Shown here: piece after piece, positions 60,525 through 64,000 of the stretch | Numbering within the stretch: the first letter of the stretch is position 1 | Layout: each line of letters starts with the position of its first letter | Assembly (NCBI GenBank): GCA_016748015.1 | Contig: JAAOMT010000261.1 | Coordinates: forward strand, 509,008-573,007 | DNA: 64,000 nucleotides | Direction of reading: 5' to 3' | Source of the DNA: Geosiphon pyriformis uo1 | Taxonomy: Eukaryota; Fungi; Glomeromycota | Program-made: the position numbers and the translations under genes | The notes under the pieces: generated by a model | What the model was told of the DNA's origin: nothing | The model's input: only the letters and a program-made list of their open reading frames with translations | Databases searched by the model: none

Positions 60525-63494
60525 TGTTACTGAAAGATTTTCACACTTTTCAATGCAAAAATTACAACACATACAATGAAAATTAACATTAAAATCATGC
60601 AAAAAAGGCCTATGTTATCACACTTAATCAACAAAATCAGCTGGCAATCTGAAAATAAATGATCAGCAATTAATCTAATTACAATAAAGAAATATGGCAC
60701 AATCCCACAGTTTAACTAAGTTGGATATAAAAAAATCTTGGCAAACTAAGAAACACCAATGGAAATAAATAATTGATGCATGTAATCAGATAACAACAGG
60801 TTTTGTTATGCTCCAAAATTCTCATACGCCCTTATTAGAACAATCTAAAATTCCAGATCTGCAATCAATAGTTAAAAGTAATTACCAAGAAATGTAATCA
60901 ATTGATCTATTTCTGATTATGTTGATCATAATCACAATTGGTATTATTGATTGACAATTAATGTTCTAGATCCAGCCATCTAAATCTGATCATCTAAAAA
61001 TCACTAGCTCTGAGAAAATAACATGCTGAGTAAGCTTATCATAAATTGATTAATTAAATATATATAAATAATTGATGTATTTTAAATAGTTCTAATATAG
61101 TATGTAGATCTGATGTAATTTAGCTATATATACAGCCCCTCTGTCAACTTAGGAAAGTATCAGTTCAATACTGAGCCAACTCTTCACTATAGTTTTATAG
61201 TGAGCAGTTAGTCCTTTCCTCTATTTTTTACACACTCTCTCCCTTTTTTCTATGCTCTAAATACTTGTTATCACAATCTCAAGTATGTTTTTCCCATATT
61301 CCTTATCACTATTTGGAATCATGTTGTTTATAATTTTTTACTTACTTGTTATCACCATTTCAAGTTGTTCTATTACTTCCAATCTTTCAAATTATGTGTT
61401 ATCACCATTTCATATTAAGTCTTGTTTTACTGAACAAGTTGTTAAATATAAAAATAAGTAATAAAGTATCACATTGTTAGAGAGTAGTCTCAACAATAAA
61501 AAGTTAAATCTATTTCAGTTATGTTTTACTTTTACAATCTTTTTATAATTCCTATAACTTTGTTTTCAAAGCAGGCATTTGAACACCACACTCTTTTAAT
61601 GACTAATTGTAAGAATTCTGGTTATGTATTTCTTTGAGTAGTTGGCTTTACTTCTTGTTGCTGGTTGCATTTTTGATACATATAAAGAGATGTGATTTCT
61701 CTTTTCCTTTTAAAATACCTAAGACTGGTTCTTGCCCAAAAACAAATAATAATGACAATACTTTCTTTTACTTTTAATGACTTTATTACGTACTCTTTTC
61801 TGCTCTTCTATTTACTGAAATAGTCCATACACCCATGATATACTATAGTTAATAGCATAATCATGGTAATGTGTGTGTTCCAGGTGAAAGCTATTGTTAT
61901 TGTTACAAAGTTACAAATTCATAGCTTTTACCCAGTAATATATGGTGCCTCTTGTTGTCAGTATGGAGACAACTATGAACATTTAAATAACCTTTAGATA
62001 TCTCAAAAGATTTTGATCTTCCTTAGAGAAGAAGAAAAATTTAACAATTTGCAGGAGCTCATTTTTCAAAGATAAAAAAAATGTTACTGGAAGATTTTCA
62101 TACTTTTCAATGCAAAAATTACAACACATACAATAGAAATTAACATCAAAATCATGCAAAAAAGGCCTATATTATTACACTTAATCAACAAAATCAGCCA
62201 GCAATCTGGAAATAAATGATCAACAATTAATCTAATTACAACAAAGAAATATGGCACAATTCCACAGTTTAACTAAGTTGGATATAAAAAAATCTTGGCA
62301 AACTAAGAAATACCAATGGAAATAAATAATTAATGCATGTAATCAGATAACAACAGGTTTTGTTATGCTCCAAAATTCTCATACACCCTTATTAAAACAA
62401 TCTAACATTTCAGATCTGTGATCAATAGTTAAAAGTAGTTACCAAGAAATGTAATCAATTAATCTACTTCTGATTATGTTGATCATAATCACAATTGGTA
62501 TTATTGATTGACAATTAATGTTCTAGATCCAGCCATCTAAATCTGATCATCTAAAAATCACTAGCTCTGAGAAAATAACATGCCGAGTAAGCTCATCATA
62601 AATTGATTAATTAAATGTATATAAATAATTGATGTATTTTAAATAGTTCTAATATAGTATATAGATCTGATGTAATTTAGCTATATATACAGCCCTTTTG
62701 TCAGCTCAGGAAAATATCAATTCAATATTGAGCCAATTCTTCGCTATAGTTTTATAGTGAGCAGTTAGTCCTCTCCTCTACTCTTTACATTTTCTCTCCC
62801 CTTTCTATGCTCTAAATACTTGTCATCACAATCTCAAGTATGTCTTCTCATATTTCTTATCACTATTTGGAATCATGTTATTTATAATCTTTTACTTACT
62901 TATTATTATCATTTCAAGTTGTTCTATTACTTCCGATCTTTCAAATTATGTGTTATCACCATTTCACATTAAGTCTTGTTTTACTGAACAAGTTGTTAAA
63001 TATAAAAATAAGTAATAAAGTATCACATTGTTAGAGAGTAGTCTCAACAATAAAAAGTTAAATCTATTTCAGTTATGTTTTACTTTTACAATCTTTTTAT
63101 AATTCCTATAACTTTGTTTTTAAAGCAGACATTTGAACACCACACCCTTTTAACGACTAATTGTAAGAATTTTGGTTATGTATTTCTTTGAGTAGTTGGC
63201 TTTACTTCTTGTTGCTGGTTGCACTTCTGATACATATAAAGAGATGTGATTTCTCTTTTCTCTTTAAAATACCTAAGACTAGTTTTTGCCCAAAAACAAA
63301 TAATAATGACAATACTTTTTTTCACTTTTAATGACCTTATTCCATACTCTTTTCTGCTCTCCCATTCACTGAAATAGTCCATGCACCCATAATATGCTAT
63401 AGTTAGTAGCATAATCATGGTAATGTGTGTGTTTCAGGTGAAAGCTATTGTTATTGCTACAAAGTTACAAATCCATAGCTTTCACCCGGTAATA
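60525..63494 (+). mobile_element. Non-autonomous LTR element G (F family): two ~1.41-kb LTRs around a 141-bp internal region
   Basis: LTRs 60525-61940 and 62082-63494; PBS TATGGTGCCTCT; decayed PPT; perfect TSD CTGC. Confidence 0.92.
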
Positions 63495-64000
63495 CTGCCA
63501 ACTCCTTAGCCTTTTTCAAACTCATTTTAGAAGTAAATAAAGATCTAATAATTTCTGGGAATTTTGAGAGAGTCAAAGCTTTCCTAAAACCATCTACTTA
63601 ATAGAAAATATTTTTAACTGAAATTAATTTATTACTATTGGACTTGTTTGGCATGACTAACAATTCTATATCCAATGTGAACAATCTGACTGGCTTGAAA
63701 TTCCTCTTGTTTGAAACATGTAATTTCACAACAAGCAATCATTTGTCACCAGAGAACTTGGAAACTGGAAGTGGCAAAATATTGTTATTGTCATTACTCA
63801 TATTATTAAAAGAAAGTTTCTTTGGCTGGCTGCCCAACACATATATTTTGGTGCAAGTTTTTCTGAATGTAATGTTATTTATCATGTCATTATCTTCTAA
63901 AGTATTAGAATCTGTGTAGTTGGTCTTCTTTACCACCATATTTTTCATGTTTTCTAGATCTGAAATCTTACTAATACTGTTTGTTTTACTATTAATCTTA
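63495..64000 (-). pseudogene. LINE ORF1, N-terminal part
   Basis: Homologous to 52304-52900 (KKTNYTDS...YVLGSQPK...LDIEL). Confidence 0.75.

Larger units (their letters stand above)
53761..64000 (-). mobile_element. Degenerate LINE (ORF1 plus APE-RT-RNase H ORF2), interrupted by G; 5' end lies right of the window
   Basis: Domain motifs as listed for ORF1 and ORF2; candidate AATAAA plus A-tail at ~53761-53775 (minus). Confidence 0.88.

Noticed and set aside
63176-63418. Protein-coding ORF within the F/G LTR
   Set aside because: It is not maintained across the four LTR copies and has no recognisable motif.

Overview
Eukaryotic, AT-rich, gene-free transposon nest; no host gene, RNA gene or CRISPR array was found. 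The element types suggest an early-diverging fungus (Mucoromycota/Glomeromycotina, possibly Geosiphon-like); that is inference, not a lookup. Reconstruction from LTR termini, 4-bp TSDs and rejoined reading frames: a minus-strand LINE (52304-53160) was hit by Ty3/Gypsy element E (minus, 5' LTR 51454-52303, 3' end left of the window). E was hit by a solo LTR (3-1016), by same-family element A (plus, 1559-41054) and by non-autonomous element F (44433-47411). A was hit by full-length B (minus, 2937-12993), C (plus, 13537-23234) and D (plus, 27601-37409). A second RNase H-bearing LINE (about 53761-64000, minus) carries G (60525-63494), a second copy of the F family, plus a 700-bp assembly duplication across an N gap. 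All coding regions are degraded by C>T/G>A transitions. Main result: five Gypsy copies from four LTR families share an unusual three-ORF plan. ORF1 is Gag-PR-Cys-rich domain-dUTPase-RT-RNase H, apparently starting at a conserved AAA-GTG-G and ending at a conserved stop four codons after the RNase H xLSR motif. ORF2 is a separately initiated integrase with a conserved non-chromodomain tail. ORF3 is an unknown ~180-245 aa protein running up to the PPT. F/G look like a large-LTR, TRIM-like parasite of this system.
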